A stretch of DNA of 63,894 bases, filler included, from Perkinsus olseni (taxonomy: Eukaryota): NCBI GenBank assembly GCA_013115125.1. It is 9 parts of 9 records of this genome, joined end to end, with 100 filler letters (N's around TTAATTAATTAA, not from the genome) between each part and the next. Parts side by side here need not be neighbours in the genome. Positions count along the whole stretch, not along the records: positions 1 to 7,116 come from JABANN010001048.1; positions 7,217 to 14,270 come from JABANN010001049.1; 7 more parts are not named here. One strand, given 5' to 3'. Under the pieces are notes generated by a model. That model had not been told where the DNA came from, did no database searches, and worked only from the letters and a program-made list of their open reading frames with translations. Shown in pieces: positions 1 to 12,174 of the stretch. The position numbers and the translations under genes are program-made. Numbering within the stretch: position 1 is the stretch's first letter; every line of letters begins with the position of its first letter.

Positions 1-575
1 GCGGTGTGATTAGCCTCGACCCTAATGGTAGCGAAGATCAGACTCCTGTGATGTACACCGATCTGGGAATCCCTGGTGATGAAGGCTTCACAGTGACGCC
101 TGATGGTTATCTCTACTACAGGCATGGTCACGATGCTGTGTACAGAAAACCCCTGAATGACTCAGCTGCTCCGGGTGAGCTTTATGCCGGTGGTTGTGGA
201 TGCGGTATGAATAATAATCAGATCTGCACTGCTGACAAGGGTAACCTTGTATACTCCTACGAAGATGGTCAACTCGTGATGCAAGACTACAGTCATGAAG
301 AGGTCAATTACCGCTTCTTGGGATTCTGTCCATCTTCTACTTCTACAGCTAATGCTCCTCACACTGCTACCGTCAAGACCACCACTTCGAGCAAGCCTAC
401 TACGTCGACCACTGTGCGCTCTACGACCAGTCCTGTGAGTGCTGAAGTGACCACGCCTGCTCACCTTCAATGTGATGATTATTGTGAATCGATAACTCCG
501 GGGAGCTACTGTAAATATTGGATGACTCCAAGCGTGTGTGACGGGAGTAATGTCCCATGTTTTTGCAGCGATTAG
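1..575 (+). CDS. 3' part of a secreted propeller-like/mucin/Cys-rich (YCKYW) protein, paralog of 4239..6083; truncated by window start
   Basis: Shares EGFTVTPDxYLYYRHGxDAVYRKPLxDxxAxGELYAGGCGCGM with the 4239 protein. Has a Thr/Ser stalk, one C-x3-C...YCKYW...C...CxC module and a stop at 575. Confidence 0.85.
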   Translation, partial: GVISLDPNGSEDQTPVMYTDLGIPGDEGFTVTPDGYLYYRHGHDAVYRKPLNDSAAPGELYAGGCGCGMNNNQICTADKGNLVYSYEDGQLVMQDYSHEEVNYRFLGFCPSSTSTANAPHTATVKTTTSSKPTTSTTVRSTTSPVSAEVTTPAHLQCDDYCESITPGSYCKYWMTPSVCDGSNVPCFCSD

Positions 576-1765
576 ACTTGCTTATTAACTGGTTGTATCT
601 CAGAGGCCGCTGATTGTATAGCCTCCACTAATTTTTTACTCTCTGGTTGATTACTCTTCTTCTTCTTCGCTCTCTTAATTGAACTTTAAGCGGCGTTACG
701 AGCCGTCGTATAGATAGCCTAGTTTGGCGACTTCGGTAGTTGTAAAGTGTAATTACCGTGTGTTAGCTATTTCATTATCAGCTAGTTCGAGCTAACGCTA
801 ATAACCTCTACGATTTTACATTACTCACAATGTTGAGTAAATCCCTTCGGTACTTTCAGCCCTTGCTGCTGAGAATCTAAACGTTTTCTGAATAGATGAA
901 CTCTCTGTTGTGTTCAGCGGTAGAGAGAGTTGCGATATGTTATGGCGGGAGACCGGCCAGTCACATCTTCGCATGTAGCCTACTGTGCCTCGAAGTAGTC
1001 ATATTGGCGGTCAAGCTGTTCCGCATTCTAACCACCGTTATACCATACTCAAGAAATCAGCTTTGAAGAAAAAACTTTCTCAGCCCTCAACAGAGATTCG
1101 CCCCAACGCCGATTATATAACTAGACAGAAGCTCGACCAATTGGCCTAATCTGATCCTTAGACTTGTGCCGGTCCACCGCTCATGTGACTGAACCTAATA
1201 TGTCGCCCAGTCAGCCATGAATTGGACGGCATTCAATTCGACGCTGGAACGGTTGCGTGGGCCCAACTTTAACGAGCGCGTTCCGCCCCCCACGCTGTTC
1301 CGGGGATACCCGGACCTAGACCCGCCCGCGGTTCCTCAACTGAGGGCCAGCACTCACATCGCTGGAGTATTCATAAAAAGATAGCAGCAAGGTACGGCAT
1401 ATTAGATACTGAGGATACTATTGGCATACCAAAAAGTTGTCAAGTCTAATACGCACCGTTCCTACCCAGGAACCAAGGCACAGTTCTCCTCGCAGGCAAG
1501 GAGCTGACAAGTAGCTACCCTGAAGGTCAGGTGAATCGTGGGATGGTACATCCCTGGATCCATTGGATGTACACCTACTAATTGGTGTATCGGAGTTCAG
1601 CTCGGTTGGGTCGACCACGCGACACGGTAGAATCAAGACCGAAGGCTTCGCCTCTCCTCGGCCGCATTCCGCACCTTCCCCCTCACGGGTACTTCCCCGG
1701 AAGAGCTATCCTGCAAGAAAACTCTTCTCTGGCAGTTTTCAAACGTCTCGTCAGAAAAAATCTAC

Positions 1766-1840
1766 GCTCCAGACGAGAATCGAACCTGCGGCCATCTCGT
1801 AGGCAGGCCTACGCTCTGCCAATTCTCTTAATCTGATAGC
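1766..1840 (-). pseudogene. Degenerate tRNA-like element (tRNA pseudogene or SINE head)
   Basis: Minus strand reads GCTATCAGA...AATTGGCAGAGC (D-loop-like)...GCAGGTTCGATTC (T-loop/B-box)...TCTGGAGC, followed by T6. The stems are imperfect. Confidence 0.55.
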
Positions 1841-2239
1841 CGATCCCGAGCTAAGCCTAACTCATCGATATACTTTGGATAAGCTGAGTTGATCTATTTC
1901 CAATCACTCACCGAATGGGTACCATGCAAAGCTCAAGCGTCAAAGAAATGCCTTAGCGAGGGCCTGATAAATGCATGTTCACGAGTGAGTGCTGACACGA
2001 GCTGAAGGGCTCGAATATACTCTGGCTGGCTCGACACTACAAGGAACTCATGCATCTCCAATATAGGTGAATGAGTTAAGGCTTCGCATGCAACTGCGAA
2101 AGGTACCCGGATCTAATCCTAGCTATGTCTGATTATCTCAGTTGTAGCGTACTTCGTACAATGCAAAAAGTAGACAGTAGACGACCCGTCAGTCGATGCG
2201 AGGAATATCTGATGGAGAGTGTTACAACATAGGTTCTGG

Positions 2240-3870
2240 CGGAACGTCGATCAGCCTCGTCTTTGCGTGTGGGCTGTTGAGCCTCGGATTATGGGCGTTG
2301 TGACCCCTCAGCATCGAAAACACTACCCTGATACTCAACATCAGTTCTGAATGAGAGAGATGGATAAGCCACTAAACATGGAACACAGGTTGCTGACAAT
2401 CCTCATCGATCAGATGCCTGGCGCGATCTGCAGCCTCCCTAACTTCTCCTCTTAATAGCCTCAACTCGGACGCAGCACTGCACAGCAGCTCCTCCTGCTT
2501 TGCCGTACGGGATATGAGCGAGAACTTTTGCCAGTTGTGTATCTGCATGCAAGATGCTCACGAAGATTTTAAAGTTGCTGTTAACAAAGTCTTACACAGG
2601 ACCCGAGCAGGATTAGACGATACCGCTCGGTGGAGAGACGATGCAACAGTTTCCGTGACACTCTGAACTTCAACTCCGTCCGATGTTTGCTGACGATTTC
2701 TCGCCAGCCATGCAGTACTCGGAGCTGCCAGGTCGATATAAGTCGTAAGAGATCGAGTTCAGCAACTGACTTTCAAGCATTTCGCCTTGACGAGCTGACT
2801 GTGTCGAATTTGTAATATTCTCATGCAATTGAGTAGGATACACTGCTGGCCTTGGAAGCATCGACGGAAAGGCTCTGGAATATGTTGACTGAGTGCAAGC
2901 CTTTGCCCACTGTGCTGCAACCAATCACCATACGAAGGCTTCTGCCATCGGCCACCTGCGATTGACTATCACCAGTTGAAAGTATCGGTGAGATGCTGTT
3001 CTAGGCGCGCTCACCTTGTAATGTTGCTAGATGACACCACCATCGCAATGTCATGATGAGGAGTAAAGTCAACTCTTCGGAGCGCGTCTCGAGTACCTTG
3101 AGCGATACACAGCTCGTCACCAAACAGAATGATGCGTTGACGGAAAGAGTCGTTCGTAGCTCACGCAATCTCGAGTTGGAGAGGGCCAGCAGTAATGAAG
3201 CTTCCTTCGCAAAGTGGCAGAAACAACGCGATGGTCCTGACGAGGGCCTAGTGTAAAAGGGAGGCCCGACAGTGACCGTACATTCTTCACTCGCCGAAAC
3301 TTCGCTCGCTGCCAATTAACGAAGCAGGTCACCCTCAGCTTCGCGTCGCTCGCGCGTCGTAGAGTTTCGGACGCTGCACTCCGAACTCGACTTCTGTGCG
3401 CGAGGATCTTCCAAAGGCCGAAAAGAGTCGCTGAAGAGACGGAACAATCACGATGGACGACACCCGTGGTTCAGCCCACCTCGGGAGTGCTTGGAGGGGG
3501 TGAATACCGTAGACAATTCCAAGGCAGTGTGAAGGCGATTAAGTTTGTAGCTTGGTCCCACGACCGTGCGCCAGTGAATGACCTGCCGCTGGCCTGCGCC
3601 ACAACAATGGTGATGCAGGGTTGTACGGAGACGCTCGACCGTAAGGCGAAGATGTGCCGTAACGTCAATGCGAGCTTAGCTGAGGCTTGCTCTTGTATAT
3701 GGTAGACAAGTACGGTACGTCTCCAGTGGACAAAGGCCTGACGAGGAAGAGCCTTAGAAAAAGACCTCATCGGGAGTAATCTCACAGCAGCAGATTTATT
3801 GATGGTTAGAAGGTGATTCAATCGCGAGATAATACGACGCCGAGATTTCCAAGTTTCGAAGACCTGCACG
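2240..3870 (-). CDS. Probable intron-rich gene or relic for a helical protein with periodic Trp; exon structure unresolved
   Basis: Protein-like minus-strand segments (VFETWKSRRR, QAFVHWRR, LLLALSNSRLRELR, ELRLLRGEVREAADRARHL) are separated by short possible introns. Confidence 0.3.
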
Positions 3871-4238
3871 GAGGAGAGAGCTCCAAGGACACAAAACGTA
3901 GGCCTGAATGAGGGGTACTCTCGTTGACGACACTCGAGTTCAACAGTCTAGCGACTTACAAGTGGCGCCACGGAAAGATGATAATTCTCAGAATACGCCA
4001 AACTTCGGCAGAGGATCTGCCTTTCTACTGAGTAGACTAGACCAGCGAAGCTCATCGATGCGCCCAGCGACGAGGGGCAGTAGGATTTCGGATTGGTGTG
4101 GTATCGAATTGTGTGATGGAGCCCTTGTGCGTGGACCGATGGTGTCATGGATCATTCCATGTGTCATGGAGCCGCTAGTGCTAGTAGCTTTTATAGAGGC
4201 CTCATCATCTCGTCGTATCACTTATCTAAGCTTTGATA

Positions 4239-6083
4239 ATGGTATCGTTTTCCTATATCTTTGCGGTTGCTTGTGCATTCATCGCTACTGCGAATGCTTC
4301 CTCGCCTTCTCTGAGGGCCATGATGGAGTCCTCCTCTGGTAAATGTTCGGATGACTTTTGCTCGGTTGATAGAAGTGAGTATCCAAACATGCTTCCAATG
4401 GGAGATGTTGATGTGGTAGCATATAGTTTTGATGATGCTGGTCGTTGGTATATCGCTGGTACTGATTCTGATGGTAAATCAAGATTATGGAGGACATCGT
4501 GTGACTTGTCTTCATACGAGGTCTTGGCTGAACATTCCATCACCGACATGCAGGCCAACCCCGATGGTTCTGAGGTCTACGCTATTAGTGAGCAGAGAGT
4601 TATTGTTATTAGTACTCTTGTTTACAACAGCATCAGAGTCATCGCCAATGACAACATGTATCTGGGTTACACCGGTATCACTTTTGCCCCTGGCGACCCT
4701 GACAGGTTGTATGTTACTGCTAATACGTGGAATGGTGTTTTGGGCTTCCAACGTATCCCCTATGGCACCGGTTTCGAGACAATCGGTTGGGTTGCTGGTT
4801 CCCAAGTGAAGCTTCCCAATAACGAGTTCATGAAGGGTCTCCCTTACGATAGCCCTCAGGGTTTGAACAGTCCTACGACTATCCGTTACTTGGCACCATA
4901 CATGTACATTCGTGTTGATATTGGTGTTACTGCTTGGTTACCATACTCATATCAGGCGTCTAGCATGTACCTCAACCTCGGTATCATTGGTACTGAAGGC
5001 TTCACTGTTACTCCTGATAAGTATCTTTACTATAGACATGGTAATGATGCTGTCTATAGGAAGCCTTTGGATGATCCAACCGCCGAGGGTGAACTGTACG
5101 CTGGTGGATGTGGTTGTGGGATGGATGATAATCAAATATGTACCGCTGGTAAGGGTAACTTGGTCAACTTCCAACCCACAGATGGTCAAATCGTAATGCA
5201 GGATTACAACAGTCAAGTCGACTTCCGTTTCCTTGGTTGGTGTCAATGCCCACTCGTGACTACGGGTTTACCGGTCACTACTACGGCCACCACCACTGCT
5301 CCTGTCGAGACCACCACGGCTCCTGTCGAGACCACCACTGCTCCTGTCGAGACCACCACGGCTCCTGTCGAGACCACCACTGCTCCTGTCGAGACCACCA
5401 CTGCTCCTGTCGAGACCACCACTGCTCCTGTTGAGACCACCACCGAGCCCGTTGAGACCACCACCGGGAACTCTTTGACTTGTGATGCTTACTGTTCATC
5501 GATAACTGCCGGTAGTTACTGTAAGTACTGGTCGACTCCGAGCACTTGTTTCGGTAACGGCATGCCATGCTCTTGTGGTGCTACGACCACCACGGCTCCT
5601 GTTACTGCAACAGAGACCACCACTGCCGCTTCTACCAGTTCCCAAGTTGTGACCACCACGGCTCCTGTCGAGACCACCACTAAGCCCGTAGAGACCACCA
5701 CTGCTTCTGTCGAGACCACTACTGAAGCAGCAGATACCACTACGGCAAGTAACGGGTCTTGTGCTGCTGGTAACGCTTACTGTGATTCTGTGTGGAGTGG
5801 CACTTACTGTAAATACTGGAAATCCCCCAGTGTCTGCTCTGAGACCAATCTACCATGCAGTTGTGATGCTGTTGTCACAACAACCGCCGAGGCCTCTCAT
5901 CAGACTACTGAGTATCCGACTACCACCAACAGTGGTACTACTCAGCAACCGGTTGTGACTACAACTGGATCTGATCTAAAATGCGACGCCTTCTGTAACT
6001 CTATCGAGGCCGGTAGTTACTGTAAATACTGGCAAAGTCCCAGTATCTGCTCTGGCACCACCATCTCATGCAGCTGTGAGTGA
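4239..6083 (+). CDS. Secreted protein: signal peptide, beta-propeller-like region, mucin-like stalk and three Cys-rich YCKYW modules
   Basis: Intronless ORF with ATG at 4239 and a hydrophobic N-terminus (MVSFSYIFAVACAFIATANA). Contains propeller-blade-like segments (GITFAPGDPDRLYVT, GFTVTPDKYLYY), TTAPVET repeats and three 6-Cys modules. Confidence 0.9.
   Translation: MVSFSYIFAVACAFIATANASSPSLRAMMESSSGKCSDDFCSVDRSEYPNMLPMGDVDVVAYSFDDAGRWYIAGTDSDGKSRLWRTSCDLSSYEVLAEHSITDMQANPDGSEVYAISEQRVIVISTLVYNSIRVIANDNMYLGYTGITFAPGDPDRLYVTANTWNGVLGFQRIPYGTGFETIGWVAGSQVKLPNNEFMKGLPYDSPQGLNSPTTIRYLAPYMYIRVDIGVTAWLPYSYQASSMYLNLGIIGTEGFTVTPDKYLYYRHGNDAVYRKPLDDPTAEGELYAGGCGCGMDDNQICTAGKGNLVNFQPTDGQIVMQDYNSQVDFRFLGWCQCPLVTTGLPVTTTATTTAPVETTTAPVETTTAPVETTTAPVETTTAPVETTTAPVETTTAPVETTTEPVETTTGNSLTCDAYCSSITAGSYCKYWSTPSTCFGNGMPCSCGATTTTAPVTATETTTAASTSSQVVTTTAPVETTTKPVETTTASVETTTEAADTTTASNGSCAAGNAYCDSVWSGTYCKYWKSPSVCSETNLPCSCDAVVTTTAEASHQTTEYPTTTNSGTTQQPVVTTTGSDLKCDAFCNSIEAGSYCKYWQSPSICSGTTISCSCE
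5289..5465 (+). repeat. 21-bp coding minisatellite (TTAPVET, about 8 copies)
   Basis: Tandem gctcctgtcgagaccaccac(t/g) units. Confidence 0.95.
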
Positions 6084-7044
6084 TCTCATCTTGCACAGTG
6101 TAGCCGTTAAAGATTCTCTTAACGACAGCGGCAATTCTAGATATTCTCCACTACGTCTTTTTCCATCGAAAAAACTCTTTTCTCTGTCACAAAAATTCTC
6201 AAAAGCCATCGATCTGTTCCAATGTTTTTTCAAATGGCAAACTGTGAGATTTTCCGTGTTGTCAATTAAAGAGCCGGCGGCTTCGAGTTCGGAGTTTTAT
6301 TCTTTTCTTTCTCGAATAAGAAAGGAAAAGTGCGGTATCAAAATGATAGTAAATGACAGCAAAAACACTGCCATACTTGGCGCGAAAGTGACGAATCTTC
6401 GACGCTGAGAAGTCTGTTCAGTAAAGCTTGACTCCGACGTACCTAACACGGAGAATGTGACGTGCTCCCTCGGTAGTCGCCGCCATGTACCGGAGGCTTC
6501 ACTCGGCTCCATCTGGCAAGACTCTCGAGCAGCCGCTTCCGCCTTCTGGCGTTCAACCATCGAGCGAGGCGGTGCTCACGATCGAGAGACACTCTCCTCC
6601 AAGAGACTAGGGCGTATCTAAGGTCGGTGTGGCAAGCATGCATGACGCAAAGATTCTAGATCGCGGATATTGGTATGCAAGTTCCTTCGAAAGAAGATGA
6701 ATTCCCCACAAAACCTTCGCAACTAAGAAGCGGATCTCAACGGGATTTTCTCGAGACCGCGGAGTAATGATTTGAAGGAACCAATGTAAGCGAAAAACAC
6801 ACAAGTGACGCGATATGCCATAGAGAATACTGATTCTATATCGAACCATCTCCTCTTATTCTATCGAGCTCTCGATTTTTTTCGCTCGGCAATTCGATGC
6901 AATCTACCGTTCCCCGGCTTGCCCGTACAACGCCAAGTTAAAGAAGACTCATTCCTCCAGAAGGGGACTCGACAAATTCGGCAACTACAGTAGGGCTACA
7001 ACCCCCTTCTACAAAGAAATATATTCCTGAGCTCCTAACTGGGC

Positions 7045-7116
<72 letters not shown>
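7045..7116. repeat. (TGA)n microsatellite at contig end
   Basis: Pure trinucleotide run ending at the gap. Confidence 0.95.
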
Positions 7117-7216
7117 NNNNNNNNNNNNNNNNNNNNNNNNNNNNNNNNNNNNNNNNNNNNTTAATTAATTAANNNNNNNNNNNNNNNNNNNNNNNNNNNN
7201 NNNNNNNNNNNNNNNN
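7117..7216. other. Artificial contig spacer 1
   Basis: 44 N + TTAATTAATTAA + 44 N. Confidence 0.97.
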
Positions 7217-10200
7217 TGTGTTGTGTTAAAAGGGACAGTAATAATTGTGTATGTAAATCATGACGATTATAGTATCGGTTCTTGTACAAGGACCGTGGAC
7301 GTCGTTCTTCAGCGAGGATTAAGGCAAAGGCTGCACCGAATAAAGGCCGAAAGAGAGGGAGGGGTTCTAAATGAGTTCGTTTCACTAAGTGCTACATGTG
7401 TTACCGTCGTGAGTTTCCGGATTGCTTGAGAATAGGTTTTGTGTTTGGCAATCGAATGTGTCGATGGTTTTGGATGTTGGTTTTGGATGGCCTTGCGGGA
7501 AGCGTTATTGCCCGTTTTAACGCGGTATAAGCGTTTTTCTAACGCCATCACGCGCACTACGTGTTATAACGCGTTTTGACTCAAGTGTTAAACGCGTTAT
7601 TGCGTTTTGCACTAGCGTTATCACGCGAAGTGATATGATTACACAACACATCGCGTTTTTCGCGTAAAACACTTCGCGTAACACGTGTTTTACGTGTTAA
7701 ACAGGTGAAACTCCAGTGTCTCCTCCGGCGCCTGGGCTTAGACGGGTCGGCCCTTGAACGTGAGAGAATAGGCCCAGTCTCATGATGAGACCCTCATCCA
7801 TGGAGCCTCAGAGAGGAATTAGCTATGCATGCAAAAGCGGAGAATCGAGGAACAACGCATAATGATTAATGAGGTGAGCGGGTGCCACCACACTCAACGA
7901 AGCTTCTCTTCGGCTCGGTACAGCGCGATGATTCGCGACAGGACTTAAGAATAGCGATATCTGTTTCCCGAGAAGTTCAGGAGAAAATGTGATTTGTAGC
8001 ATGCTCGGGAACGCATGCGATTCCACGAGGTTGCAACGGCGCCAAATGATCTGTCACTACTGTAAACACTAGTACCGTTCTCAGTCGATTAACAATCGAC
8101 TGCCATTGAGCCAGTAACCAGTAGCCATTCGGCCCAGATGCAATGAGCTCCAATGAGCGCTAGACGGAATTGCAAACGTCTACTCTGGGTGATAATGCGT
8201 CCCAGCCGACATTGAGTATCATTCTCTGCCGGTCCTAGGGCAAAGAGGTGCAACGTAGCTGTAGTATCTCCCCTACGTTTCCCCCCCCGTCTAAGGTGCG
8301 CCGTCCCGTTCTATTCCGGCAAGTTGCGGTAAATGAGAATTCGGATTGCACTACTCAGGTTGAAGTTCGACGGTCGAACTCGAGCCGAGAATTAGGATAG
8401 AAAGTGATATAATGAGACCAGTTCATGCAAGTACGATAACGACAGTCCCATAGCCTAGATGTCCGGGCCATCACTCTCGCCGGAAGACTCTGATTAGGAA
8501 CGATCAGTGTGTGTGCTAGGCCCCTGACCAGCAGGCACCACCTTCGTCGAGCCCGTTGCCATGGTCCCCGCGATCTGCGGCCTGGCCGTAGAGAGCACTT
8601 CGCCATTTCTAATCATAAGGCCATGAACGATGTGCAACGCAATATGTGTACCTCGAAATCCTTCCCTTCTACTTCCACCACGGAATTGTCGAATGCCTTG
8701 AATTCCATCGTCGCTCCGCTCTCAGTGCTTGCATCGTCAAAACGCGTGGCAAAGGTGCTGAATGTGGCGATACGGAGACACCCTTATTTGGATCGTGAAC
8801 TCGAGTTCTTACCTCCTGTCTCTGGTTCCCTTCGAGACGCTGGTGGGCATCTGAAGCGAAACAGCGGACCTTTATCGAATTCGCTATGAGCCTACCACTC
8901 CGACACAGAGATAATTTCCTGAGGGTATCCGGCAGCAGATGATGTAAGGCAGAGGGGTTCTGCCAGCCTCTCGGGGCGAATATTTGTGATGAATTATATG
9001 GAGCACGAATAGCGCTAACCGACGCAGGACTTCGGCCGAACTGATAAGAACGGCACGGGATTCAGCAGAACAAAAACATTTTTCTCACCAAATGACGGAG
9101 TTCACCACGCGGTGTAAAACAGTGATCCTAAAACTTCCATTCTCTCGGCACAAGGTAGTATACATCTTACGATCTCGTATGTACTTTGCCTGACGTGAGC
9201 AGATACTTGGCCATTGAACCAAGGCAAATACTCGACAAGCACAACTACAGAATCAGAACAGCACCACACTCACCTGAGCTACGACTTGACGGAGTATGTT
9301 GAGCCCTCGCAATAACGCAGTTCGAACCCCACCAGGATTGTTGCTGAAATCAAGTTGGCCCGTACCGGAGCAACGCTTGTGAAATACAGAGCATTAGGCT
9401 CCCAGATATTCTTGCACGGGTTGTACAAGAGAGCACCCACCAATGACGTCACTTTCGAGTCTCGAAATTCGAGATGATGTACACTGATATTGCTCACCTC
9501 CGGATAATGTCGAGTGCATCGAAGAACGCCTTGCGGCGTTCGGAGCTCGTTCGTACACCTTCGCGCGCCTCATTGTCAACTGAATGAAGGAACATAATTA
9601 CAATGTTGTCGGTTCGATCACACCCGTCGGTTTCGCTCCTGCTTCAAATGCTGAGGACAGAACTACGGCCATGTCTGAGGCGGACATTTCACTCAGGTCG
9701 AGATGATCAACTTGACCGGCTGCCGATGGGCCTGATGAGAACGTTCGGTATCGTTACCGAAAATCTGAATGCCTGCGGGCCCTTTTACCACTTTCACTTT
9801 TACCGCTCAGAAATCTTGAGGCGGCTCGAGAATCAATCCTAAGCAAGGCTACTGAGCTGTTTATGACTGATATGTGGCATCTCCTCGAAGGCTATTTGGA
9901 GAGCATCGGCCGATGAACACCAAGAGTCTTGGGCCCCGACGTCATCGATACAGACATAAAATACCGGGAGCATTATTACCTCCATCCTGACTCGCAACTG
10001 AGTTATCTCTTCTCAAGAAGTCGAAGTGTGTCATCTCGAACAGGCCACGCCGGTTGCCGTATTTCCTAACGTGTAAGATAGTCAATCATGATCACTTTGC
10101 TCTACTTGGCCCACTTGAGTTTCTCCATCAAATTAAGTCGCACGGGCAACTGAGGTGAAAGAACGATACCCATCACGGGATGATCGACAGGAGAAGACTC

Positions 10201-11621
10201 ACTGGCATAGAAATATATACTTGGTTATAGCTGTCGGGCTGCAGTCCAGACTCTGCAAAGTATTGCAGCACATCTCGTTTACCATTCGCCTGAAAACTGT
10301 AAGGTCCCGAATTCGATGCCCAGCTCTACCAACCTACGTAGTGCAACCCCGCAGCAGCATACGTGTAAGGTGTATGCACGAATGCTTCCAGTAGTGAGCA
10401 ATGGCGATAGAGTAGCAATCGGAGACTGAAGAAATGGCAGATATTGGAAGATATCAGATGAGTATCATCATTATCGACATGACATATACATCGGAAGCTG
10501 ACTTACTCCTCGCTATACTCCAAGCTAACACTTCCATCCCCTCCCTTAGCAAGAGGGTGGGGAGCTGGACGAGCTTCGCCGTCGCCTGTTGGACTGAGAG
10601 ATAGAGGATAACCCATGTATAACATAATAATCCCAATCACGAGGTCAAGGTCACAAGGATACTATGCACGGGCTGTCGTTCTTTCGCACTCGGTACTCTA
10701 CATTGTAAATCGAGTAACGAACGCTTCTTCTCTCCTTAGACCCCACTCAACCCAAGGGTTCACCTTCGCGGCTGCGGCGCTTGTACGTCTTGATGTGTAT
10801 TGTCGAATTCTTGGGCGAACTAAGAACGACGGAATGAGCTCGGACAGGACATGCTGGCTGGAGTGAAAGGGACTCTAGAGTCAATTCAGGGCAGAGATAC
10901 AGGTAGATTGCCATGAATCGGGATGATCATTGGAGCCCGTACTAACGAGACGTGCGCATCCAAACGTGCGCGTGCTTGATTGAATGAATGCATTCTTCTC
11001 CGCCAGGAAACTCTCGTCGTAGTCCAATAACAGCAGTAAAAGGAGACCCAAGATGACAGGATCTATCGCCCGTAGTCGCATTGTCCCGAGCACGAATGTC
11101 AAATCCTACTATTTCGTATCGAGTTGACACCCGTGAGAGTGAATGCCAACAGTCCCGCACCAGGGTCAGCCCGTTGTTCAAAGAGTGGAATATCCGTCGG
11201 AATAACAAAAACTGATTCCAGCCTACCTGCTGGTAAACTTGATGACTCATCTCCCGATAAAGAGCTACACTCATAGATCCAGAATCTGCTCAGTAGATAA
11301 TATCCGCTAAGCATGAACGAGTCCAACATCATTCACCTAAGTGTCCCGCAAGGGCAACACAGGCCGCCCATAGATTCGACAATCCACCGTGTTGCTGCTC
11401 TGCAGCTATTCGATACCTTTTCGGAGGAGCTGCGGGCGATCTCTAAACTAGTACGGAAAACATCTTACAGAATGATGGACGCAGGAGTTGTTTTATAATG
11501 GCCATCATAGTATCTGAGACATTGAACGGACGCCCTGCTAAACGAGTGGAGAGCGGGGGGCAACCGGTCGACGATTCAAAGAGTGTCCGATACAATTCCG
11601 GAGTCCTCCCTTACACTTCCT

Positions 11622-12174
11622 TCATGGCCTCTCTCTGAACACGAAGCTCGATTCGACGTTGTTTTGCGTCTGGGGTTGTCCCCGTCCTAGCTCTAGGTCG
11701 CTTCCTAGCTCGCTCTGAATATGAGGGATTCCCCATGGTCGGCTACAAAAGCTCTTCGGTAGCTTGCCTCCATCCGAACCGAACTCGAACCTATCCTCAT
11801 CTTCGTCATCAGAGTCCTCTGCCAATAGCTCTCGTCGTCCGGGAGATCCACTAATCGACCTTTCTGATCCCGATCCGGTCTCCGAGCCTGAATTCCAGTA
11901 CCACATCACCGTGCTGATATGCTAAGCTAAAAACGTCAACGAACGAATCACTCTCAGTAGTTCGCTGTTAGAAGGCCAGCGAGCTTCTTGTTTTCATCGA
12001 GTCTCGTTTGATATCATAATCTAATTCATCTAATCTAATGATCACCTCACCTTCTTCATCGTCATCTGGTTCGGGTGGTATACCAGTATCCCCGAGCCTG
12101 AAACATCGAGCTGATACACAGACGATGAGAAATAAGTTCAATAGAAGGTTATCTAATGCGATTGTCCGCGACAT
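11622..12174 (-). CDS. 5' exons of a putative secreted hypothetical protein; 3' extent unresolved
   Basis: Signal-peptide-like start (MSRTIALDNLLLNLFLIVCVSA), acidic segments and a second open segment at 11622..11909. Confidence 0.4.

Noticed and set aside
5237..5740. Antisense and alternate-frame ORFs over the TTAPVET repeat
   Set aside because: These are shadow frames of a stop-poor coding repeat.
8117..8140. Spliced-leader relic (accagtagccattcggcccag); also gtagccatttt near 59736
   Set aside because: These are only partial matches to the perkinsid/dinoflagellate SL, with no adjacent gene start or SL-RNA context, and are compatible with chance.
8350..11500. Assignable genes or retroelement domains in contig 2
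   Set aside because: Some exon-like minus-strand pieces exist, but I could not establish a recognisable motif or a consistent gene model.
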